Assembly: GCF_006345805.1 (NCBI RefSeq)
Contig: NC_043011.1
Span: forward strand, 8,990,001 to 9,054,000
DNA length: 64,000 nucleotides
Source: Octopus sinensis
Lineage: Eukaryota
Direction of reading: 5' to 3'
In this document: piece by piece, positions 42,189 to 55,501 of the stretch
Numbering within the stretch: the stretch's first letter is position 1
Layout of the letters: each line of letters opens with the position of its first letter
Translations under genes and position numbers: made by a program
The notes under the pieces: generated by a model
The model's input: the letters and a program-made list of their open reading frames with translations, nothing else
Databases searched by the model: none
What the model was told of the DNA's origin: nothing

Positions 42189-45100
42189 ATGGACGGACGA
42201 TAGTCACATCGGCTCGCAGTAAGTTTGCCTTTTATTGCCTTCAAAAGTTTGTGTTTTGATAATATTTTTTATGTAAAAGTTGTGCAACCACTAATACTTT
42301 CAGTTGTACAAATTCTTTGCACGGGAAACCTGCCCTGTGTGGCGTGTTTCCCGATTTTATAAATTTGTTTTCGGCTTACTTAACCATTTCTGTTTTAAGC
42401 ATGGCGACTTCAAGCCATGAAGTCGTCGGTGAAAAGGTCACTGGTCTCCTTGACAACGCTTACGACGTTGATTTCCCTATACTGCCTTGACCACAATTGC
42501 ATGAAGGAGAGGAGAAGGGGAAAAGCAACACAGGCGCAAGTGTGAGCATGGACGCTAACACCGCCACCGCCACGCAAAAACTGGTAAACAACCCGACGAC
42601 AGCTTCACAGCCATCTACTACTACGAACGACTCTGCCACAAACATCACTACCAACACCACCACCACCACCTCCACAAAAAACAAGACAAATTTCGCGGAA
42701 GCAATACGACCAAAAAGGAGAATTTTAAAATTCACTACTCAACAAATACAAGACACGAAATCTTTACTCACCAAAGAAGGCGACACAATACACCTAAATA
42801 TTCTACGTAACATTTTGGAAGAAGCACAAAAGAAGATGATCATCTACAAAATACTCAACACCAAGACAAAGAAACCAGAAAGCCCAGCAACAGAAAAGAT
42901 TGAGAAGTACCTCGCTTCTGTTTGGCACTTTCGAAATTGTGTGAATTGGGGGTGTAAATTTGCTACCGTGCAAGTTCGCTTCCATACGGAAGAATTAGCA
43001 AAGAAGTTTTCGACGCTTACTTTGCGCACAGACCAGGTAACAATGGTACCTAGCTATCCTGGGCGCAGAGTAACGAAAATAACAATAAACAATGTGCCTC
43101 CAGAAGTGGATACCCAGTGGCTGGTATCGGCCATCTGCTTCGATATAGAAGAAGCAGATATTTTAGAAATCGCCGACATTCCAGAGGAAAGCTGGACTGG
43201 CAAAAAGCTTGAAATATTGCTTCAAATCACCCAGGAAGCAATAAATAATTTACCAACCAGTGTTCAACTAAAAAAAGACCAAAAATTGTATGTAGTGGTG
43301 GAGGGCAGAAGGCCAAGATGCTATTTGTGCAACAGTGAGGCACACCTCAGATATGGTTGCCCAACTGCTGCCAGAAATAGGTAACAGCAACAGCAACCAC
43401 TCCCAAAACCTGGAAGATAACCTCTGCTACCCACACCACCTTCAACGCAAAAGACAGGAAAAACAGCAGACGATGCAAAAACTGTTTCCCCCTCACCAAC
43501 TACATCACAAATTACCTTCGACATCGCAACCAACTAGAAAAACAACACTACCACCAACATCAAAATACAGACCAACACCAACGCCAGCACCAAGAACAAC
43601 AACCAAGAAAACAAATAACAATGACGAAAAGACAAATTCTGCCCCTAATACCCCAACAACACAAACACCACACAAAACAACAACACCTTCTACAAACATA
43701 CATATAGATGCAAACGCTTTGCCTTTACCCCCTTCTGATTTGTCAGATTTTTCGTCTGACGACGAAAGTTCGCCTGAATGGCAAATAGCCACAGGGGGTA
43801 AAAGGAAAAGACCTAAAAAAACCACGAAACAAGCAAATGCAGGTAAAGCAGGGAGATATATAACTCCTGATAGTCCCTTACACATACAAACCAACAACAA
43901 CACCGCAAAAACACACAAACAACTAACAACAATAGACACAGAAAATAGAAAACTAATGAACCACATCGCATCTAACACAAACATTTGTGAAGATGAACCA
44001 TCCACGCACAACACCACCACAACACATAAAAATAGTACACGTCACACAAACGCAGCACCACACACTCAAAACCCTCTTTCCAAATGCGGTCGGGGGGTTC
44101 CAGAAATATTTATCAAAAAAACTTTTTAAGAACCTCCTCAAAGACATCCCAAAAGAGGAGGAAACTACTCAAAATTTCGAAACAAGTAAGTAACCTTCCC
44201 TCTCGTCTCTTTCACTGTTGTGTGTGAAACACAAATTTTCGACCATCAATTATGCTTAAATTAAGTTGTGTGAATGCACGTGGCTTGGCGTCGACTTGGA
44301 AGCAAGGTTACCTTCTAAATGACATCAAGTCACTGAACGTTGATATAGTAGCTATCAGTGAATTCGATCATCCGAATGTGCCAACGTGGACTTGGACAAA
44401 CCGCGTCAGATCGTAGAGATCGTATCTAGATAGAGTTCTATGTAGGACAGAGGATAGAGATAGTGTAGGATATCCACAATTTAAAATTGTCAGCTACACA
44501 GATCACAAATTTGTGACGTGTACGCAGGGTCCCGGTTACTGGAAACTAAACACATCGTTCTCAGCACGGCAGGTTTACAGCCATCGTTAACAACCGCCGG
44601 TGGTCTGCTCTGAAAATGGCAATCAAATCGGAATCAATTAGGTTTAGCAAGGAATTAGCGATAGATCGAAATAGAGTAGAGGGAGACTTAGTTAAGAAAC
44701 TAGAAGAGGCACTTACAACTGGCAGCGAGGATGGCCCTCGACCAACACCTCAACGCCAAACACGAAGGTTGCGTCGTCAGAGCTAAAATGCGTGCCTTGA
44801 GGAACGAAGGGATCGAAGCTGCGCGAGAGGTCCGGGTAGCGGAGGCGCAACATGGCAACAGAGCCACCATTCGGTCTCTAATAGATCAACAGGGATGCAG
44901 TTTACTCGAACCCGAAAGGATGTGTGAGGTCTTTCAACAGCACTTTGCTCGACTGTTTGGTGCGAGTGGTGGGTTGGAACGCGGGATGGATTTCAGTGCC
45001 TACCTGACCGACCTGCCGCGGCTCTCGGCAAGAGAAGCGGAGTGTTGTGAAAGTCCCGCGATGGCGGGCTGCGCGAGGGATAAGTCGGCTGGATTGGATG

Positions 45101-45922
45101 GTTTACCCTACGAGCTGTATTGTCAAATGCCAGACTTGTTTGGCGACCTCTTGGCATCAGTCTACTGCAACTGGCAACAAAACGGGAAAATCCCCGGTTT
45201 TGTGAGCCGAGGTGCAATGACGTTGCTGAAGAAAGACCCAAACAAGGGGAATTTTATAGATAATTTCAGGCCCATCACTCTGCTCAACGCAGATTTAAAA
45301 ATTTTGGCCAAAGTAATAGCCGAGAGGTTGGCGCTTGTCATCGATAAACTGGTCGACAAGGCGCAAACATGCGCCGTGCCGGGCAGAACCATACATGACA
45401 ACCTCCATCTGATGCGCTACATCGTGGACAGGGTAGTTAAGGATCCTGGTATGGGTGGGGCGCTGATCAATTTGGATCAGTCTAAAGCTTTCGATAGGGT
45501 CGATCATCGGTACCTGGCGGCCGTCCTCAGGGCGGCTGGCTTCGGTCCCGTCTTCCGCGGTTGGATCGCTGCCTTGTATAGCGGCATCCGATCGGTAATT
45601 CGGGTGAACGGTCACCTGACGAAACCGTTTGATATCACGTGTTCGGTCCGTCAGGGATGTCCCCTGTCGGCGCTTCTGTGTGTATTGACTCTCGAACCGC
45701 TACTGCGGAAGCTGGCGACACTGAGAACTGGGTTGCGGGACGAGCGTGTCGGCATATGCGGACGATGTCACCGTCATAGTGTCGAGCGAAAAGCACATCA
45801 AGATGCTAGGCGAGACACTAAAAGAATACGAAACGGTGATGGGAGCGAAAATTAACCCGGAAAAGTCAGTGGGTTTGCTACTCGGCACCTGGAGAACCAA
45901 GCCCATGCCGTCCGACTGTGGA
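42188..45922 (+). mobile_element. Tx1/L1-like LINE, copy C: 5'UTR, ORF1 with CCHC knuckle, internally deleted APE, RT; 3' end missing
   Basis: ORF1 42497-43384 ends in CYLCNSEAHLRYGC. ORF2 starts at 44252 (MLKLSCVNARGL...DIVAISE). RT motifs: GLDGLPYELY, FRPITLLNADLKILAK, LDQSKAFDRVDH, SVRQGCPLS, AYADDVT. Confidence 0.92.
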
Positions 45923-46683
45923 TCCCTTGCGTCACTCAAAATACACACCATCTTCACCGAAAACCTTAAGCCCTGCAACTGTTCCTTGCCAAGATTTGAA
46001 GGGCAGCAGGAAGAGGATCTTCGTATTTCAGTATGTACAATCAAATACATCGCATGACCTCAAGTCTGCGACAAATCCATGGTCGCTAAAGACCATTGCC
46101 CTGATGTTAGGGGAGGAACTGTAACGACTGGGTTGGCAAAGGGTCACTTCCAGCAATGATTATAGATGTATTTTACGGTTGAATTCAGTGAAATTAGTTT
46201 AAACAAATATAAATACATTCGCTGTTATTATTGACGGAACAGATATTATAAGATATGGATTTAGATCGCCAAGTATCGATGGCGCTCCTGAAGGTGAAAT
46301 GTTGCCGCGAATGTAGATATGTAAATATGTCTGTAACTTTGCATGCATATGCCCGTATATATGTAAATATGTACATATGTATGTGTGTAGTCGTGGATGT
46401 AGGAATTGTATATGTGCGCACATGCCTGCGTATGTGGGTGTGTATGTGTGTATGTATGTATGAATGTACGTACGTATGTAAGTGCATGTGTATCAGGTGT
46501 CGGTTGGGAAACTCTAGAAGGGTGACATCAGGTGAAACGCTAGACGTATCTAAACACATTCCATGAACACTTATGGTTATACTAGAACTAACAGCCTGTG
46601 GAGCTCTTATCAAATGCGCCTCTTCTCAACACGCTTCTCGTTGCCTTGGGACCCCATTTGTCTGCCTGTCTGTCTGTCTCCCC

Positions 46684-46738
<55 letters not shown>

Positions 46739-47055
46739 CACACAGCTATCTTTCCCCTTGCATTTTGTTTTCATCTGCGACCCTGCATTTTTCAACAGGC
46801 AGCATTTTTAACCCACCACTCGAATGGAATATGTATCTGTGTGTGGTGGTGTGTGTGTGTGTGCATGTATTATATGCATATTGATGTATGTATGTATATA
46901 TATATATGTGTAATACATATACATGTATGTACGTATATATATATATATGTATGTACGTATGTAAATATATATGTATGTACATATATGTATTTATATATAC
47001 ATATGTATATATACATACATACATATATATATAATATATATAGATATATATATAT

Positions 47056-47107
<52 letters not shown>

Positions 47108-47137
47108 TATATATATATATATATATATATAGTATAT

Positions 47138-47191
<54 letters not shown>

Positions 47192-48435
47192 TTATATATA
47201 TATATATATTTATATAGATAATATTTATATAATATATATATATATTATATATATATATATATATATAAAGTTAATCCAAACAAGAAAACACAGAAAAAAA
47301 GAGAAAAAAACACGCAACGCGAGGACGTGGAACATTAAAGTATTATTTGACGCTCAGGAAAAAGGAAGGTGTGTGTGTGTGTATGTATGCATGTATGTAT
47401 ATAGTTATGTATTTAGAGTTATGTATTCACAAATATGTAGAGATGTATCATTTACGCTCATATGTATACATAAATACATACACACATACATACATACATA
47501 CATACATACATACATACATACACATACATACATACATACATACATACATACATACATACATACATACATACATACATACATACATACATACATACATACA
47601 TACATACATACATACATACATACATACATACATACATACATACATACATACATACATACATACATACATACATACATACATACATACAGACATACATACA
47701 TACATACATACATACATACATACATACATTTCCCTCCACATTTATAGTCTTTAAATCTAAAGAAACCTAATGCCAGGTTTGTTTCCGCTTCGAGTTATTT
47801 TACACCCACACGAAACTGTGTGTAACGAAGTTTAATAATAATAATAATGAAATTATTGTATACAGTGCTCAGGTGCACCACAACGTTGAACCAGTCCAAT
47901 ATATTAAGATATATCCTGATTTTCATTAACCGTCTTTTTCAATTCATTTTTATTGTTCCCTAAAACCTTATGAAAGGCATTTTGTTGGCGGAAACTGTGC
48001 GGAGTCCCACCGAATGCGATGCGTTTGTAAGTGAAAGGTCCAGGTTGATTAAACAGTGTCACGTGGACTCTACCTGAACGTTATGCTAAGCGTACTCAAG
48101 TCTGTGCAAGAATAAAGTCGACCACTTTGATCGATAATTCAGTAATCGAATCTTTCTGTTGATTGAACCAAAGGAAATGGCGAGGCGCAAGCCGTGGAGA
48201 TCGCCCATCACACATGCCCGCGCGCGCACTCACACACACACACACATACTATATATATATATGTGTGTGTGTCTGCGTGTGTGTGTATGTATGCCTATAT
48301 ATAGGTACGCATGTATATATATATATATAATTATATATATATATATATTATATATATTATATATAATATAAATAATATATATTATATATACATGCATATA
48401 TGTATATATACACACACACATACATATATATACAT

Positions 48436-48502
<67 letters not shown>

Positions 48503-48941
48503 TGAGAACATTTACCTGAGCAAGCGTGGACACGTGAATGCTTGTGGCACAGGCTGTGTGTGTGTGTGTGTGTCTGTGTGTGTTTGCGTGTGTTAACATA
48601 TTTTGGTTCCTGACATTGGCAGCGCACCAATTATAGAAGTAGATGAAAGCAGTTAGTTACATCGACCCAGAATATTACTGAGGTTGTTTGAACGGTAGGG
48701 GGGGGGGTAAGCGGTTGGGGGTGCGCATCATAGACCTTAATACGATGGCAGGCAAAGTGAACCGCACAGGAATTTGAACTCAGTTCTCTGAGATACTGCC
48801 AGGCACATCTGCATACGCCTACACATCTTTCCGTACACGTATTAATATATATATATATTTGCCAGTGTGAGCTGCATGTGTGTGTGTATGTGGGTGTGCG
48901 TGTGTGCTTGCGTGCGTATGTATGTATGTATGTATGTATAT

Positions 48942-48990
<49 letters not shown>

Positions 48991-49439
48991 GGGGTGGATG
49001 GATTAGTAATAGGGTTCATTTAAAATCTAGGCGCATCAATATGTAGGAAGCCCAAACTGGCTAGGTACCACAACATAGGGTTCACAGTGAGGTAAAAATA
49101 AAAAAATAAAAAACCATGAGATTTCATGTGTTAGCAGGTGTATACAGCAGGTGTATAGATATGTAAGTACTGAATACGAAATAAATTGTAGATTCAACTC
49201 AGGATTAGTTCCAGGTGTGGTGTAGGTATAAAAAGAATATAAATGGGGCTTAAAATTTACTACAGCTGTTTTGGTACCGCTTTAGTGAATTTTAAACCCC
49301 AACGTAGTATTTCGTTTTGCAAGCATAATATACCAGCAAGTACATTAATGGTTTACGAGTCATTAGTGTGCTTTAGTTTTGTGTTAGCAGTGCGATATTA
49401 CCCTATTTATATATGGTCCTGCCCTATTTAAAATTGTCC

Positions 49440-49680
49440 CGAAACAGATGAAAGAGGAAAACGGAATCTGGACAAATTTCTTCAAGGAATACCAGGTAAG
49501 ACACCCATGCCTGGATACAAATCCCTCAACAAAAACTCCCTGCACGACTGGACCATGATACCATAAAACCTGGCTTTAAAAGGATTTAGATAATCCTATC
49601 AGGCGGTGCTATAAAGTTAGACATGGCCTGGACCAATCTTTGGTCGAAACCTGGCTAAGTTTATCTAAGCGTATATATAA
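49440..49680 (+). mobile_element. CR1-like LINE extreme 3' fragment
   Basis: KRNLDKFLQGIPGKTPMPGY...NSLHDW resembles the CR1 ORF2 terminus. Confidence 0.55.
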
Positions 49681-50429
49681 ACCTCGGCATAAGGATGTTT
49701 GTTTTTGCTTCACTTTTCCTTTTTCTTTTTTCCCTTTTCATTTTCTACTGAACTTTCTTTCTGTGAGTCCACAGCAAAGTTACTGTTTGATCCTTCGATA
49801 AATGGGCTGCCGTTGGACATTTCTGGTCCCCAATCCGCTTTCTCTCACTACCTCCACTCTATATTATACGAGCGGGCAAATCTCCCTCTAAGCACCCCAC
49901 CACAGACATATATGATAGAAGATTACATCGGATAATATTTCCCTAGACATACCATATCTGAACAAAAGACGAGATAGTCATGGCTAGAACGGTTTGATTA
50001 TAACAGGCATAGCTCTGTGGTATGAAATTTGCTTCTTAATCACATGGATCTGGGTTCAAACTCACTGTGTAGCACCTTGGACAAGTGTTTTCTACTATTG
50101 CACTGGGCTAACCAAAGCCTTCTGCGTTAATTTGGTAGACGGAAACTAAAAGAAGCTCATTGTAACACACACGCACATATATATATTCTTTTATTCTTTT
50201 ATTCGCTTCAGTCATTTGACTGCGGCCATGCTGGAGCACCGCCTTTAGTCAAACAAATCGACCCCAGGACTTTTTCTTTGTAAGTCTACTACTTATTCAA
50301 TCGGTCTCTTTTTGCCGAACCACTAAGTTACCGGGACATAAACACAACAGCATCGGTTGTCAATCCTTGGTGGGGGACAAGCACAGACACACAAACATAT
50401 ACATACATACATACATACATATATATATA

Positions 50430-50502
<73 letters not shown>

Positions 50503-50529
50503 CAATAATAAATCTCTGAACGAGATATA

Positions 50530-50566
<37 letters not shown>

Positions 50567-50621
50567 CGGAGATGTACTCGCATAGCAAGTAATTTGATCT
50601 GAGATCGTGTGCTGAAACGAA

Positions 50622-50914
50622 AACAATTGCAGCGTGGAAGGTGTTTATAAGCCATTTAAGAAACACACAAAAGCCGTTCGATTCACTTCAACATTTAAGT
50701 TTAATTTGTCAAAATATTTTCGTCGCTAAAATCTGCGACCTGTTCACTGACAAAAATCCGTGCTCAGATGCAGCACGGATTTTTGTCAGTGAACAGGTCG
50801 CAGATTTTAGCGACGAAAATATTTTGACAAATTAAACTTAAATGTTGAAGTGAATCGAACAGCTTTTGTGTGTTTCTTAAATGGCTTATAAACACCTTCC
50901 ACGCTGCAATTGTT
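50622..50914. repeat. Near-perfect palindrome (143-bp arms, 1 mismatch, 7-nt loop) carrying a variant hammerhead on each strand (50782-50831 +, 50705-50754 -)
   Basis: Arms compared base by base. The motif reads TTTGTCA-GTGAACA-g-GTCGC-agatttta-GCGAC-GAA-AATATT-T-TGACAAA. Confidence 0.9.
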
Positions 50915-50919
50915 GTTGT

Positions 50920-50968
<49 letters not shown>

Positions 50969-51139
50969 TACGCGCTTCTTTCAGTTTCCGTCTAGCAAAT
51001 CCACTCACAAGGCTTTGGTCGGCCTGAGGCTATAGTAGAAGACATTTGCCCAAGGTGCCACGCAGTGGGACTGAACCCAGAACCATGTGGTAGGTAAGCT
51101 AGCTATTTACCGCACAGACACTCCAGCGCATATGATATA

Positions 51140-52759
51140 TCTCTATATATAAAACTGAGAATGTGTGTCTGTCTGTCTGTCTGTGTGTTTCCCTAAAATT
51201 TGAGAACTACACAACCAATTTCATTCAAATTTTACACATGCCTTACTTAGGGTCCATGTAGTTTCATGGGCAAAAAAAATGTTCAACTTCTTGCCTAGAG
51301 CGAGCCCATAGCAATATCATATCTTTTCCACTATTTCAGTATTACATGTTAAAAGTGAAACAAAAACATTTCTCTATTTTATGTCAGATGCTTTCACTTT
51401 AACAATAAAAATTAAAGATAATAATAACAATTGAATTATATGTAGTAAGTAATAATTAAAATCAAACTAAAGTATGATATAATCGTAACATAACAAAAAG
51501 TAAAAATAGCAATTGGTATAAAATTGCATCAATGACATGAACTTGAATAAGTGGTTTCACATGAATGGGAATAAATTAAAAATAAAACTAGTGTGCAGAA
51601 ATGAAATAGTCCAGATGGAGCTGTGCACATACCGTTTACCACGGCTTTTACATTAGATTATCTGCTAATTAGCTAGCATTAAGTATCTATATGAAGTTTG
51701 GCTGTATGTAATGTCTGTTTTCTCGAACAGCCGCTTCTACTGAGTACTGCTGTTTGTTTATTTCTTATACATAAAGGACTATAGCTTCAACTGCGTACTG
51801 CTTTTTGATTCACCGTAAGGTTTGTTGTTATTATTATTATTACTGTTTAACTATTGTTATCACGTTTGTTGGTTCCTTGTAAGGGAAACGTTGTTGTGTT
51901 GCATTTGTTAAATAATTGTAAACTGTAACCCTCCCCCTTTGGGAGAAGGAGCTTTGGTTATTGTTTAAAAATTGAATTGTGTCCCTGTTTGGTGAAATTG
52001 ACAATATTTTCATCGTTTATACGGAAGCATTTTTGTTAGAATGCCTTCGATAGAAGAAAGTCCAAAAATGAATTTCGCTGCAGCCATCGGCGGGCGCGAA
52101 CTCATTAAAATTAAAATGGAAGAAATACAAACCTATTTCGGATTGATCACCGACAAAGACGGTGAATCTAGGATAACACCACCAAACGAAATAAAAAATT
52201 AAATTAAAGAAAGGACTATTGTCTATAAAGTATACAATGTAGAGAAAAAGAAAAAAAGATTTGAACACCTGGAGGAAAGCACCATTGAAAAGTGTGTTGG
52301 TGCGACTATGAAAGATATCTAATCAGAGGCGGTAAATTCGCCACAATAGAAGCAAGGTTCGAGTCAACGGAACATGCAAGGGAGTACTTAACTCGAACCT
52401 TGCAAAGTGGAAATATTTTATTTTTACCTTTATCTGGGACGTAGGACGTCCCGGATAAAGATTTTTAATGTCCCCCCCCCCACCCAGAAGTAGAGGTAGG
52501 CTGGATTGTAGCCACACTTCTATACAAGAGAGAGGACAAGATACAATTGATCGAAATTACAAGAGACAGGCTAACAATTCCAGTCTGTTATATATTTTGA
52601 GTATTGTTATCACTAGCGATATCAAGATATAACTTTGTATTTTGAATTTTATGTGTAGATGTATATATATAGATGTACATGTAATATGTACACACATATA
52701 TATACACATATATACATGCACTAGCACTATGACCCGGCAACGACGGGTCACAATGCTAG
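51140..52759 (+). mobile_element. Putative non-autonomous Helitron-like element
   Basis: The 5' end reads A|TCTCTATATATAAAACTG followed by (TGTC)n. The 3' end has a hairpin GACCCG..CGGGTC followed by CTAG|T at 52756-52760. Whether the two ends belong to one element is uncertain. Confidence 0.5.
52050..52580 (+). pseudogene. ORF1 N-terminal fragment of a second Tx1/L1-like LINE subfamily
   Basis: MNFAAAI...ITDKDGE...IVYKVYN...TIEKCV...GGKFATIEARF...YLGRRTSRIKIFNVPP aligns by eye with copy C ORF1 (TNFAEAI...LTKEGD...IIYKILN...KIEKYL...GCKFATVQVRF...YPGRRVTKITINNVPP). Confidence 0.75.
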
Positions 52760-52763
52760 TATG

Positions 52764-52794
<31 letters not shown>

Positions 52795-52959
52795 GTATGT
52801 GGGTATCAACGACGGCACCCACATCAGCATCGGTGACAGTAGCGCCAATGGCAAGGGGCCATGGATGACCACTACAACGGAATCGCCGGATCCACGCCTC
52901 ATTATGATAACGCCACTGATGGCAGCTCCAGCAACAACATCTCCAGACCCGGAGACAAA

Positions 52960-53600
52960 CGAAGATGCGCCAGGAATGGGAGCGCAACCAACACCCAAGC
53001 TTGGAAAAAAAATGGGATCAGCCGGGACCGGCTTCAAGCGACACCTGTATAACCAAAGGTCCTCTTCCAGGATTCTGGAAAGACGACTCGCTCCATCCCT
53101 GACCAGCTAAGTGTGGCGCCTCAAAGATGAAGGGACCCCATACGATATCAAATGAAGGAGCTTAGAGCGGCCAGACCCTTACAGTAAAGGGGGCGAACGC
53201 TGCAAGCTTTGTATAGCTGAGCGAGCAAGGATACTCAAAGACTCCCTGAAACCTGGAAATTTACATTCCTTGCACCCATCTCCAATACTACCTGCTGGAA
53301 GCATGGGATTCTTCGTTCACCGATTAGACCCGGAAGGGTCCTTACGATCTAAAAGCAACCCAAGTCAAAAATTCCCTATTCCCAACTTTTGGCCCAGATG
53401 AACAGTTCCAAGGGAGATAACCCGTCCTCGTTGACTCCGGAGTATTTATTGTTTGGTGACTTACTGACCAAATGACCGTAACCGTTCCTGCCTCCAAGAA
53501 ATGAAGAGTCATGTTGTCCGCGGCTTTAGATTCTGACGAGACGTCCATGGGGCTAAGCCCTTCGTGGATGCGAAACCATTGGTTACTCTATGACCGGACA
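52960..53600 (+). mobile_element. Penelope-like element 3' part: decayed GIY-YIG endonuclease, 3'UTR and terminal hammerhead
   Basis: GTGFKRHLYNQRSSSR...VWRLKDEGTPYDIK*RSLERPDPYSKGGERCKLCIAERARIL matches the PLE GIY-YIG C-terminal pattern (FKxRxxNHKxSF...IWxLK...Y.IKW...RCxLCLxEK). Confidence 0.8.
53515..53600 (+). ncRNA. Type-I hammerhead ribozyme with canonical core
   Basis: Reads TGTCCG..TAGATT-CTGACGA-G-a-CGTCCA-(GGGC taa GCCC)-TGGATG-C-GAA-ACCATTGGT-T-ACTCTA..CGGACA. All three stems pair, with one mismatch in stem Ia. Confidence 0.82.
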
Positions 53601-53634
53601 GACTTATATATATGTATGCGTGTATATGTATATG

Positions 53635-53665
<31 letters not shown>

Positions 53666-54959
53666 GTATATATATATATATATATCTTTGTGCATGTTAT
53701 TTTGGGGTATGTGTTTGTCCCCCCCCCCAACCATCACATGACTACAGTCATGGTGTTTTCCCCTTCTCGTAACCTAGCGATTCGGCAAAACATACCGATA
53801 GAGTAAGTGCCAAGCTTTACAAAAAATAACAAGTCCTGGGGTCGATTCGTTCGGCTAAAAATGTTTCAAGATGGTGCTGCAGCATGGCCGCAGTCTATTG
53901 ATTGAAACAAGTAAAAGATAAAGGACTGAAAGTGACCAAGCCAGGGGGAGGGGGAGCTAAGGCAACGAAACAACAACAACAACAATGTCAGTGACAAGGG
54001 AGATAAGTGGTAAGTTAACAGGTGTAAAGAGTAAGATTTCCCTTTCAGCCGAATCCCATCCGACGCAGCTGCCTTTCTATTATATATCGATAGCGAGACA
54101 CACACACACACACACACACGAATGTGTAGGTGGAGAGAGAGAGAGAGAAGGGGAGGGGGTATAAGTAGTTGCATGCGTCAAAAAGCATTCAATTTAATGA
54201 GTATAGAGTTAATTAATCGTGTTTTTTTGCTTTTTGTTTTCTTTTTTACAATCATATTAACCGGGACAGTTGGTTTTTTAAGTGTAAGTTCCAAAATGTC
54301 CGATAAGTCGAAAGTTTATCGTCAGACATTAGTTGACATCTCAACGTATGTGAAGCTTCAACTAAATGACGTGATTTGAACAAAAGACGAAGTTGTTTTT
54401 ACTTCTTTTGGGCGCATTCTGGGATCTCTGGGAAAAACGTTTCTCCTCTCAACTCTACGTATAAATTATTATCAAAGAGCAATAACAAATAAATAAACTA
54501 AAGATGTCGTGGTCTTTTAATTGAAACTTGATTTACACGTCTACATACATAGACAGAGGCATGAGACCACTTCTCACATTGACTCAAAGCAGATCTTGAG
54601 GAGAGAGGCCAATTCATTGAGAAGGTCACGGGCTGCAACGAAAGGACTTTGACTAGCAAACAACTGATTGATCGTTTAACCAACACATTAAACAAACGAT
54701 CGACTCATCAGCTGATTAGATATTTACCCAATTAATAAATAATAAAGAAGTGATGTTGGACCAGTGCATGTGTTTATTACCGTTAGCGCAACGACCCCCG
54801 CAAGACAAAACAAAAAGTGTTGATTTATTGTTTATCTCCAATTTAGTATTTTCCATTACTCAAATTTAGAGGAAGAAACACTGTCTATTGCCTTCGTGGG
54901 TTCTCTGGGACCGATGGGATTAAATCCGTACATGTTCCTCCGAATAGCATTTTTTTTTT

Positions 54960-55420
54960 ATTGTTGAAGGGAACAAAGATTAGTATCACCCTGCTTTTAG
55001 GGTGTCTCAACTATAAGCTCACTGTGGTGTGTGTAGGTCGCATGTGGATGAGCTTGGTGTGTGGAAGATTAGAGAGGAAGGAAAGGTGGTATCAAATGAA
55101 TAGAGGTGGGCATTGTTGGAGATGGAAGGCAGTAGAGCGTTGATGTAAGTTGGAGAAGACTTAACCGCGGAACACATCACAGTCGACGGAATGTGAGTCA
55201 GAAAGAGCTCTTACAACACAGACAGCATTGCTACGATCTTATTGGAAGCCACGGATAGATGGATGGCGGCCATAAGCGGATGGTTTTGTCAGAATAGTAG
55301 TGTACTTGGTAGGGCTGAGCATATTGCTGATGTGGGAAACAACAACAGGGATTTCCTCAAATTTCTTGAGCTCACTGATGAGTGAAATCGAAAAGAAGAT
55401 CGCCTGTAGATCTGGAATTA
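54960..55420 (-). mobile_element. Decayed CR1-like RT fragment
   Basis: RSTGDLL, VVVSHISN (~ALDISKAF) and YINALLPSISNNAHLYSFDTT (~YINDL...SYADDTT) occur in order. Confidence 0.6.
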
Positions 55421-55501
55421 ATTAAAATCATAATTAGTAATCATCAAGGTGGGAAAGAGATTCAAGAATGGTTGGTGTTAATCATTTTTGAGTGTTGGAT
55501 A

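Noticed and set aside
54270-54380. Short ORF MSDKSKVYRQ... with good start context in unique sequence
   Set aside because: Too short, no homology recognised, and no supporting exon structure.
55372-55410. CTGATGA-g..c-GAAA hammerhead-like string
   Set aside because: Stems II and III do not pair, and it lies within the antisense of a CR1 RT remnant. Judged a chance match.
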